From Minisyncoccota bacterium (lineage in GTDB: Bacteria; Patescibacteriota; Minisyncoccia; Phycocordibacterales; UBA9973): a stretch of 64,000 nt of DNA. Location of the stretch: positions 19,129-83,128 of the forward strand of contig JBAYHY010000002.1 in NCBI GenBank assembly GCA_041665885.1, given 5' to 3'. The notes beneath the pieces are model-generated. The model worked only from the letters and a program-made list of their open reading frames with translations, was not told where the DNA came from and ran no database searches. The position numbers and the translations under genes were made by a program. Below, piece after piece: positions 28,452-36,352 of the stretch (position 1 is its first letter; every line of letters starts with the position of its first letter).

Positions 28452-31412
28452 TTAAGGATTAACAGGTCCTCCGTATTTACCGCTTGGTGGGCTACTTACC
28501 GTTGGGTGTGTTGCTGGCGCGCCCTGAGGTTTTTCTTCCGTTTTTGGTGAACGCGCCCCCGCCCCCGACGCGCGCTCCCTCTTTTCTTTTTCTGTTTTTG
28601 GTTTTCCATCCGTGGCTGCTTTCTCTCTCTTTTCTTCAAGAGATGATTTGTCTTTATTAAGTCTATGATTTTCTATTCTCAGTTGCTTTTCTTTCGCCAC
28701 TGCTGCCCTTAATTCGTTTAACTTAAATATTTCAAAATTATTTTTTCCAATGGTAACTTCAACAGCCCTCATTTTGTTTTTTGTTTCTTCATCATATTCA
28801 CCATTCTCGTCAATCCTACCCTGTTGCTCAATACGTCGAAGTCTAAGTTCTTCTCTCCTTGCGATGTTTTGTAGCTCAATTAGTTCTTTTTCAAGGCCGT
28901 CCGTTGTGGCAAAACCATTTTCTTTACTGCCGCTTATTTTTCCATTCTTGACCGCTGTTTCTAATAAGTCATGGAGCCCTTCTAGGGTCTTTTTGTTTTG
29001 TTCCATGATGTCTGTTATTCTGCTCATTTGAGCGAATTCTTTGTCAGTCTTTTTAGAAAAGATAGCTTCACCGGCTTTTTCACTCCCGACAGGGGTTGCT
29101 TTGTATACACCTGCCGCCCCGCCCCCCATTGCTCCTGCGCCTGCACCCATAGCACCTGCCGCCACACCACCGGTCATCAAACCGGCAACAGCCGCTGCCG
29201 TACCACCAACAACCAGCTTAGTGTTCTGAACCCTCCCATCGTTGATGCTTTTGGCTGTTGGTTCCGGATGTTCTGCTTTATATATTTCATCAAATCTCGG
29301 TTTTTTAAAGTAGTCACCCTCTTTTTTCATGGCCTGTTTTTCGGCCTCATCTCTTTCTTTCTTCCAAGCCAGATATTCTTTTGAATTTTGATAGTGTTTT
29401 TTGTTGAGCAATGGATCTCCCTTATCGTCTACCAATTTATCTCGTTTTTTTACAATTTCAAAAGCCACGGCCCCTGTTAGCCCCGTTTTTCCAAAATTAC
29501 TTATGAATTCGTTCATTCGGTGGTTGTTTAAGCCCTCCGCCGTTTTATACCAATCTGGTCTTGGGCCATTTTTTCTTACATAGTCTTCCTCAAAAGCTTT
29601 TGCTTTTGCTGGATCGATATCGAGTGATTTGCCACCTACTGCATTTTTTGCTTCTTCCTTTTTCACGTCGTATTTGTCTTGTTCTCGTTTTGACCAAGCT
29701 TCTGTTTGCGTATCTGTCATTTTTGTTTTATATAGTTTTGATTCTTCTTCAAGAACTTTTGCATGTCTTTCTCCTGCTCCCCTGAATCCGCCCTCCTTGG
29801 GACCTAAGCCCAATATTTTGGCAGATGATAAGTCTAATCCGGCTCTCTTGGTTAGAGACCCCACACCCGGAGCTTTTCCTAGATCAAACGAAGCCTTGGA
29901 GCCAAGGTCTGTTGTCTTTAGTTTCATTCTTGCCACAAGCCCTCCGAAGCCACCCTTGTTGGCTTGTTCCCTCCAGACCTCCCCCTTGCTTGCTAATTGT
30001 TCAGCCGCTGTTGCTCCAATCGTCTTGGTGGCCAGAAGAGCAGCTCCGCCCGTCGCAGCACCCAAGGCAACTCCACCTACCATTTTTGCTCCAGTCATTA
30101 ATACTTCCCCCAATTTTCCTGAACCCTTTTTGGCAAACTCGGTCGCCTTTAAAAGAAGAGTTAGAACAATAGCAGCAGGGATAACAAGCAGTAAGATCGT
30201 TGCTATCATGCTTGTGTTTGTAGGCGAAACAAAACCGTCGAATATCTTTTTTCCAATTAACATAAATATAAAATACAAAAAGAACATAAAAATCGGCGCC
30301 ATAAAGGCCGTCTTAAGTAAGCGTTTAAACCAGGGTTCCCATCCCAAGTATTCAATATTTGCTAGTTTCGGAACAGTTGACGACATAAAAGCAAAAGGAG
30401 AAAAAATAATCAGGATAAACAATTCAATCATTCGAACCAAAAAAGCCACACCTGCCCACAGGAGGCAATAAGCAGCAAAGAGCATGACTGTTCCAGCAAG
30501 AATAGTAACCCCGATTAATATTCCGGGAGGTACCTGTTTGCTTTTAGTCGGCGGGAGGCCTGGCACTTGTTGCACCTTGGCCTTTTCAAAGAACTCTTGG
30601 GTTAATAGTCTGGTGGGGTCAAAGGATTGAACCATCCCCCCTGCTATGTCTTTGTCCCCGATTACATCGTCGTATGGTCTTGGTGTGCCGTTTGGGTTGC
30701 GTGCCTGAACATCTATTTTATTATAAAAAATCAATGCCAACATATTTGATGAATCAATAATCACTTCTGTAAAAAACATAGAAAAATTTATAAGCAAAGC
30801 GACAACAACAACCCTCGCTATCATTTTTTTTGCTTCTGCCCCCCCGATGTCCAGAATTATTTTGATAGCAATGTAAAGAAGAATAAGGATAAAGAAAATA
30901 TTAGAAAGATCTCGCACCACTGCCCAGGCTTCAGGGATAAAAGTAGAGCCAGCAAACAGCTTGCTATACAGGGTGATTTTTATTAAAACATTAAAAAAAT
31001 AAGCGGAGAACCACAACAAAAAGGTGGGAATTGCATAAAAAATAGCGTACGAGGCTTGGATAAAACATCCGGGCCAAAAGGTACCACTGGAAAAGGGGTT
31101 CGTGGAACATTTATTCTTGCTTATTTCTTTTTCAAAATCTGATCTTGACTCAGTGGTCGACTGATAAATTTGACTTCCATTCTGGGCAGCACAATCTGCT
31201 GTGGTGGTTTGTATCTCCGTACCGTCCGGCAATTCGCAAGTTATAAATGGTTGCCAGACCCCGCCTGCTTGAGTACAGGCATCAGGGGTTACAAATGGAG
31301 GGATAGTACAAACCCCGGGTGCTTCCGTCTGCGCGTAAATTTTTGTTGTCGGGCTAAAAAGTCCGATCAAAACAAAAACAATTATTAAAATATAAGGTAA
31401 AAATTTTTTCAT
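28452..31412 (-). CDS. large polytopic membrane protein, VirB6/TrbL-like, with a Cys-containing extracellular N-domain and a long C-terminal coiled-coil, Gly/Ala-rich tail
   Basis: Signal peptide MKKFLPYILIIVFVL. More than eight TM helices in the 100-470 region. C-terminal 500 aa are hydrophilic with KE-rich coiled coil and GA-rich stretches. Confidence 0.45.
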   Translation of the reverse strand: MKKFLPYILIIVFVLIGLFSPTTKIYAQTEAPGVCTIPPFVTPDACTQAGGVWQPFITCELPDGTEIQTTTADCAAQNGSQIYQSTTESRSDFEKEISKNKCSTNPFSSGTFWPGCFIQASYAIFYAIPTFLLWFSAYFFNVLIKITLYSKLFAGSTFIPEAWAVVRDLSNIFFILILLYIAIKIILDIGGAEAKKMIARVVVVALLINFSMFFTEVIIDSSNMLALIFYNKIDVQARNPNGTPRPYDDVIGDKDIAGGMVQSFDPTRLLTQEFFEKAKVQQVPGLPPTKSKQVPPGILIGVTILAGTVMLFAAYCLLWAGVAFLVRMIELFILIIFSPFAFMSSTVPKLANIEYLGWEPWFKRLLKTAFMAPIFMFFLYFIFMLIGKKIFDGFVSPTNTSMIATILLLVIPAAIVLTLLLKATEFAKKGSGKLGEVLMTGAKMVGGVALGAATGGAALLATKTIGATAAEQLASKGEVWREQANKGGFGGLVARMKLKTTDLGSKASFDLGKAPGVGSLTKRAGLDLSSAKILGLGPKEGGFRGAGERHAKVLEEESKLYKTKMTDTQTEAWSKREQDKYDVKKEEAKNAVGGKSLDIDPAKAKAFEEDYVRKNGPRPDWYKTAEGLNNHRMNEFISNFGKTGLTGAVAFEIVKKRDKLVDDKGDPLLNKKHYQNSKEYLAWKKERDEAEKQAMKKEGDYFKKPRFDEIYKAEHPEPTAKSINDGRVQNTKLVVGGTAAAVAGLMTGGVAAGAMGAGAGAMGGGAAGVYKATPVGSEKAGEAIFSKKTDKEFAQMSRITDIMEQNKKTLEGLHDLLETAVKNGKISGSKENGFATTDGLEKELIELQNIARREELRLRRIEQQGRIDENGEYDEETKNKMRAVEVTIGKNNFEIFKLNELRAAVAKEKQLRIENHRLNKDKSSLEEKREKAATDGKPKTEKEKRERASGAGARSPKTEEKPQGAPATHPTVSSPPSGKYGGPVNP

Positions 31413-31434
31413 TTTATAAAAAACTCACTAATCA

Positions 31435-33252
31435 TTATTCATTCTCGATCCACACTCCCTCCTGTGCCGTACAATCGGATTCCGAAATATCTTGCAGTAT
31501 TTCTCCGCTGCTTAAGGTACAGGTACCTAGAATTGTCGGGGCCTCTATCGTGATATTGAGGGTAATTGTTTCCCCCATAGAGTCTGTTATCGTGGCTGAT
31601 GTTTGTCCTAAATTAATACCGCTAACAACTAAGGTAGGGTCAGTAAAGTCTGAGATTGCGATAGTTGCGCTCGGGCTTGCCGACATGTGATAGGGAGGGG
31701 TGCCACCAGATACTGTGGCGATAGCTGTGCCACCAATTCCAGTGGTGATGCTTGCTGGAATAATCATCAAATCTCCATTTTCAACAACCGTAATATTTAT
31801 TTTAACTTTTTTTGCGTTTGGAGAAGAATCTTTGACTGTGACTGAAGTCCCTCCGTGGGAAATTCCCGTAATAGAAAGATCATATCCACCGCTGTCGTTA
31901 TTGAGAATTGAAGCAGTCGCTATCGCTGGGTTGGGAGTAATTGGGTCCGTAACTTTTATGCTATAAGGAGGTGTTCCTCCGGAAATTGTCGTGCTAGTCG
32001 GGTTTGTTCCCCCCATGGTAATGGAAACATTTTGTGGAATATCGAGTGCCCCTGCCCCTCCTCCACCAGTGCCACTGGTTCCATCGAGGGATTGTCCGTC
32101 ATAGGTCCAGTTGTCTACCGGTTCTTCTGTCCCGCTAATCGTGTCTGACAAGGAATTTAGCCCATCGCTCAAAAACTTATTTAATAAAGCATTTATTATG
32201 GTTGCTATGCTGGCTTGGATAGACCCCAAAACCGCGCCCTGTATGGTCTCATCTTTTCCGGCACTCAACGAACCCATTATTTGATCTGCCACCACAGAAC
32301 CCGGGGTGGTGTTTACTAAATTTTTACAAGTATTTTTTGATGCCCAGTCTGCTTGAGCGCTGTCCATTGCTAGTTGGTAACCACTGTGGCAAGCATCGCA
32401 TGCCATTGCATTATATCCTGGGTCCTCTGAGTTTCGTGGTCCCACCAAGGGACAACCTGGGACACCACAAATCCACTCAACGGTTGATCTGTCAAAGGTC
32501 GGGCGATTCCATGCGTTAGCCATAACGTCATTGTATTCGGTGCCTTCATCCATACATTTCTCTGGAGAAAGGAAACCCATTCCCTGATCAAGAAGAGTAT
32601 TTACTTTTTCTGCTGGAGCTTTGAATGTTCCCTGAACCAGGCTGGCGAGTTCTTCGTTTGCCAGCATTTGAAAGCCCAGATAATTGTTTTGCGGATATTG
32701 AGTATTAATGAGAAAACCATTCCATCCACCGACATTAAAATCATCTCTAAAACTAGCCGCTTGTTGTTGGCCCATGACGGAGCTCAGGGTATATGCCACG
32801 TTGCTTTCAAGTTTACTTTTATAGGCACTGATTGTGTTTAGGGCCCAGGCTCGGCCGAAAGGAAATCTGTTTAAATCATAGCCGAACTGGTCAATCATTG
32901 TTTTAATCTCAGATTTTGCAATATCCTTAAAGAAGGAATCAGGATTTTCTAGAAAAAGTGGCGAACCGTGAAACCCGGAATTAATCCAGCCGACGACGTC
33001 TTGGGTCATCTGGTCTAAAATACGCTGAATGATTGCCATCAGGACATATTCGGCAACCCTTTTTACTTGTTGCCAGACATTTGCTGCTGCATTTGGTGTC
33101 GCTATCGCGTCTGAAAAAAGCGCGACCGTCGGGACCATTATACTGGCGTCGAGCGCCGCTTTTGCATTTTTGGGATATAGAAACACAGACCCCGGAAGAA
33201 GAAAAGAAATGATTAACAGAACAGAGATTAATTTTTTATTTTTAGTCAGCAT
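31435..33252 (-). CDS. secreted protein with two tandem ~80-aa Ig-like repeats (GGTPPY..), possible surface or pilus-associated adhesin
   Basis: Signal peptide. C-terminal tandem repeats ..ISGGTPPYSIKVTDP.. / ..VSGGTPPYHMSASPS... Confidence 0.4.
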   Translation of the reverse strand: MLTKNKKLISVLLIISFLLPGSVFLYPKNAKAALDASIMVPTVALFSDAIATPNAAANVWQQVKRVAEYVLMAIIQRILDQMTQDVVGWINSGFHGSPLFLENPDSFFKDIAKSEIKTMIDQFGYDLNRFPFGRAWALNTISAYKSKLESNVAYTLSSVMGQQQAASFRDDFNVGGWNGFLINTQYPQNNYLGFQMLANEELASLVQGTFKAPAEKVNTLLDQGMGFLSPEKCMDEGTEYNDVMANAWNRPTFDRSTVEWICGVPGCPLVGPRNSEDPGYNAMACDACHSGYQLAMDSAQADWASKNTCKNLVNTTPGSVVADQIMGSLSAGKDETIQGAVLGSIQASIATIINALLNKFLSDGLNSLSDTISGTEEPVDNWTYDGQSLDGTSGTGGGGAGALDIPQNVSITMGGTNPTSTTISGGTPPYSIKVTDPITPNPAIATASILNNDSGGYDLSITGISHGGTSVTVKDSSPNAKKVKINITVVENGDLMIIPASITTGIGGTAIATVSGGTPPYHMSASPSATIAISDFTDPTLVVSGINLGQTSATITDSMGETITLNITIEAPTILGTCTLSSGEILQDISESDCTAQEGVWIENE

Positions 33253-33309
33253 TTTTTATTTTGTGCCAGTCTGTTTCATTATAATATATAGTTTATTTGA
33301 TGTGAAGGA

Positions 33310-34200
33310 TTATTTTTTTGCTATTTTTTGATTTACAGTGTTTGTTAAATTTTGTACGGTTTGTACGTAGAGCTCTAGGTTTTTTTCATATTGATTCATC
33401 CCGCCCAGGGCCACAAGGGGGTCACCTTCGTATAATTGTAGGTCGCTTAAATTTTCGACTATTCTTTCTATCCCGTTTAAATAGTCTAAGTGTTGATAGG
33501 CGAAAGCACGAGGAACGCTCATCTCGGTCATAGCTTCGATTACTTTATTCGCGCTTGCAATAATCGGGTCCAGGTCTCTTAAGGCTGTAATGTCAATGTT
33601 TTTTTGATCATTTACAAATCTTTCCAATACTTCTGTCACGGTGTAATCCTGTTTGTTGTTTTGTTTCCAAATGCTCATAACATTGGTGCTGTAATTTGTA
33701 TAAGTTTCAAGGCTAGTATTTTCTGTTATTTTTAGATCAGAAAGAACGAAAACTCTCTTTTGGGGAGTGTTTTGTATTTTATCGGCGAGGGAAACGCCGA
33801 TTTGTTCTGTTAGTGTTTGGTCGAAGGTTCCACTTTGGCCGACGGAGGCAGCCGTTGAAAAAAGTTCTCTCGCGAATTTTTCTGTTTCGGTTAGATTTTC
33901 TGTATCTTGATTTTCATTTATTGAAATTAGTCCTTGTTCGGTTCTTAATTTGTTTATTGTCGTGGAATCAGGAACCCCGGGAACGGTTTCTCTTTTGGTC
34001 GGATCTAGCCCGTACAATTTTTCTTGCCAATCTGGAATAGTGTCTCCATCAGTATCCATTTCCACCAATTGTTTGATTGTCGTGTCGTCATAGGCTAAAC
34101 CATTTTGTGTTTTTTGGATTAGAGCCACGGTCTTTTCGAATAGAGTTGTCTTCTTTGCTAAAAAAAGCACGACAAGAAATAGCACCGCAAAGGTGATCAA
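33310..34200 (-). CDS. membrane-anchored hypothetical protein (first gene of the T4SS-like operon) with a DTDGD Ca-binding-like motif
   Basis: N-terminal TM, then EMDTDGDTIPDWQE. Confidence 0.35.
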   Translation of the reverse strand: MITFAVLFLVVLFLAKKTTLFEKTVALIQKTQNGLAYDDTTIKQLVEMDTDGDTIPDWQEKLYGLDPTKRETVPGVPDSTTINKLRTEQGLISINENQDTENLTETEKFARELFSTAASVGQSGTFDQTLTEQIGVSLADKIQNTPQKRVFVLSDLKITENTSLETYTNYSTNVMSIWKQNNKQDYTVTEVLERFVNDQKNIDITALRDLDPIIASANKVIEAMTEMSVPRAFAYQHLDYLNGIERIVENLSDLQLYEGDPLVALGGMNQYEKNLELYVQTVQNLTNTVNQKIAKK

Positions 34201-34304
34201 AAATACTTTCTTGTATTTTAACCAAATATTTTTAATTATGCTTTAATTATAAGCTTTTTTGTTTTGTAAAGAAAGCAAAATGCCTGTGCATAAGTTCCTG
34301 TTTG

Positions 34305-34313
34305 TGCTATAAT
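34305..34313 (+). promoter_or_regulatory. extended -10 (TGcTATAAT) 9 nt before the ATG at 34322 (leaderless transcript)
   Basis: tgctataatttttttttaATG. Confidence 0.35.
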
Positions 34314-34321
34314 TTTTTTTA

Positions 34322-35407
34322 ATGAATAAATCTTATTTATTTTTATTTATTTTTTTTATTTTTCCCTTTTTTGCGCAAGGAATTTTTGCCACAGTCGCCT
34401 TTTCAGCTGTTCCAGAAGCAGCTAATTGCCCCATTCTTTCTACCTTGAGAGTGGGCTCCGTCGGAGAGCAGGTAAAATGTCTTCAAAAAATCGTTGGAAC
34501 AAGCCCGGACGGTTATTTTGGTCCATTGACCAAGGTGGCCGTTCTTTCGTGGCAATTAAGCCACAATTTAGTGGCAGACGGGGTGGTTGGTCCTCTAACT
34601 CGAACAATTCTAGTGAGCTTTACTGTTGCTAGTGACTTTCCGGAAGGGTGTACTCAAACCACGACATATAGCCCAACGACCGGAAAAAAGTGCAATGGCA
34701 GTGAAACAGCAGAAAATAGCGCTGGTCTTTCCCCTGCCTCTGTTTCATCAACAAATCCTGTCGTTATCCCGGGTACAAAAGTGGCTGTCGGTAGTAAGAT
34801 GCCGGAATCCTTAAAAGATCCCCAGCAAAACCTAGAAAATTACATTGCCTCAGTAAAAAGCGATCTTGTTAAAAGAGGCGAAACGCTGAGTACAATATTG
34901 CTTATTGAAGAAAGTATAAGAAACAGTGTTGCAGAAAACCCTAATGCAACCCAACAATTTTTTGATGCTCAAAGAGAAATTTATAATAAGACGGCTTCAG
35001 GGAAAATTTCTAAATTGTCCGCATTAGTTTTTTTTGATAAAGTTTTTTCTTTTTTCAGTAAAACTTTTTCTACAAACAAAGCTCAGGCGGCATCACAATT
35101 ACCGTTCGGGGGATTCGTTGGTGTATTCCCCGATTGTACTTGCACAGGTGAACCACCGGCGGTGGTCCAACTTTTTGTTACATTGCCAAGTGCCCCCACA
35201 GGAATTTCTAATATAAAGTTGAATTATGCGACGGGGACCCAGGCATTTTTGAATTTTAATTTACCGCTGGAGGGAGTTGCGGTGCTTGGTTTTTATAATC
35301 CTGCAGCCAATGTGGCATGTACAGTAACCATAGGGACGGGATGCGGCATAATACCCGCGGAAGGTCAGATTATTCCCACAGTGGGGTCTTCTCTTTCTCC
35401 GTCATAA
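34322..35407 (+). CDS. secreted protein with an N-terminal peptidoglycan-binding domain
   Basis: Signal peptide. ..GSVGEQVKCLQKIVGTSPDGYFGPLTKVAVLSWQLSHNLVADGVVGPLT matches PG_binding_1. Confidence 0.5.
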   Translation: MNKSYLFLFIFFIFPFFAQGIFATVAFSAVPEAANCPILSTLRVGSVGEQVKCLQKIVGTSPDGYFGPLTKVAVLSWQLSHNLVADGVVGPLTRTILVSFTVASDFPEGCTQTTTYSPTTGKKCNGSETAENSAGLSPASVSSTNPVVIPGTKVAVGSKMPESLKDPQQNLENYIASVKSDLVKRGETLSTILLIEESIRNSVAENPNATQQFFDAQREIYNKTASGKISKLSALVFFDKVFSFFSKTFSTNKAQAASQLPFGGFVGVFPDCTCTGEPPAVVQLFVTLPSAPTGISNIKLNYATGTQAFLNFNLPLEGVAVLGFYNPAANVACTVTIGTGCGIIPAEGQIIPTVGSSLSPS

Positions 35408-36320
35408 TTGTCAGCCACTCTTTTAAGGAAACATCTTCTGCTCGAGCGTTTTCTTTTATTCCAGCGCTAGTTAAAATTTTCAAAGAATTGTTTCCAAACA
35501 GCGAGCGCAGGTTTCCATTAAGTTTTTTTCTTTTATGGGCGAAACCTGCTTTTACAATTTCCCAAAATTTTTCTTCATTAATATTATTTTCTATAAAAGT
35601 TTTACGGGAAATATTGTTTATGGCAATTACCGCTGAGTCCACCTTCGGGGCTGGAGAAAAATAACGAGCCGGCACTTTCATAATTAATTTTGGCTCTCCG
35701 TAGGCCTTAACAGAAATAGAAAGAATGCTTTCCTTCCCACCTGCCCCGCCATGGCGCGGGTTGCGCGCGATTATTCTTTTTGCCACTTCATGCTGGACCA
35801 TGAGCACCATGGACGCGGGTTGGTTTTTTCCCGTCAAAAATTTTTTCAAAATTGCGCCGGTAATGTTGTAGGGGATGTTGGCTATGATTTTGTAAGAGCG
35901 CAAGATATTATTTTGCTCAACACGCATATTCGCCTGCTGGCGAATTGCTATGCTCGCGCCGTCGCGCTGCGCAATGTTTTGCAAAGCAATATCTTGCTTT
36001 AGATTAAAGTTTAAAATGTCTTCGTTTACTAGTATTAATTTTTTTTCAGCAATTTCTTTTGCAAATTTTTCTCCTAAAAATTCAAAAAGTTCGCGGTCCT
36101 TTTCCACGGCGATGACCAGTCCGGATTTTTCCAAAAGTTTTTTTGTTAATACGCCTTTTCCGGGCCCAATTTCTAAAATTACATCGTCTGGCCTGATGTT
36201 TCCCGCCTCTATTATTTTTTTCAAAGCAATTTCTGACTTTAAAAAATTTTGCCCTAAAGCCTTTTTGGCTCGGACGAAAACAGTTTTATTTTTAAGCCCT
36301 GGTGATTTTTTTGTTTTCAT
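35370..36320 (-). CDS. rsmA: 16S rRNA (adenine1518/1519-N6)-dimethyltransferase RsmA/KsgA
   Basis: ..LGQNFL... and the SAM motif VILEIGPGKGVLTKKL. Confidence 0.9.
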   Translation of the reverse strand: MKTKKSPGLKNKTVFVRAKKALGQNFLKSEIALKKIIEAGNIRPDDVILEIGPGKGVLTKKLLEKSGLVIAVEKDRELFEFLGEKFAKEIAEKKLILVNEDILNFNLKQDIALQNIAQRDGASIAIRQQANMRVEQNNILRSYKIIANIPYNITGAILKKFLTGKNQPASMVLMVQHEVAKRIIARNPRHGGAGGKESILSISVKAYGEPKLIMKVPARYFSPAPKVDSAVIAINNISRKTFIENNINEEKFWEIVKAGFAHKRKKLNGNLRSLFGNNSLKILTSAGIKENARAEDVSLKEWLTIMTEKEKTPLWE

Positions 36321-36328
36321 GTTTTTGC

Positions 36329-36348
36329 ATCTACGCCATGGCGTAGAT
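36329..36348. repeat. perfect 20-bp palindrome atctacgccatggcgtagat in the helicase-rsmA spacer
   Basis: Exact self-complementarity; could be an operator or hairpin site. Confidence 0.4.
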
Positions 36349-36352
36349 ATGT

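Noticed and set aside
29629-30471. 280-aa Pro/Ala/Ser-rich ORF on the plus strand inside the VirB6-like gene.
   Set aside because: It is antisense to the Gly/Ala-rich coding region of 28452..31412. That low-complexity sequence generates long open antisense frames, and the ORF has no start context.
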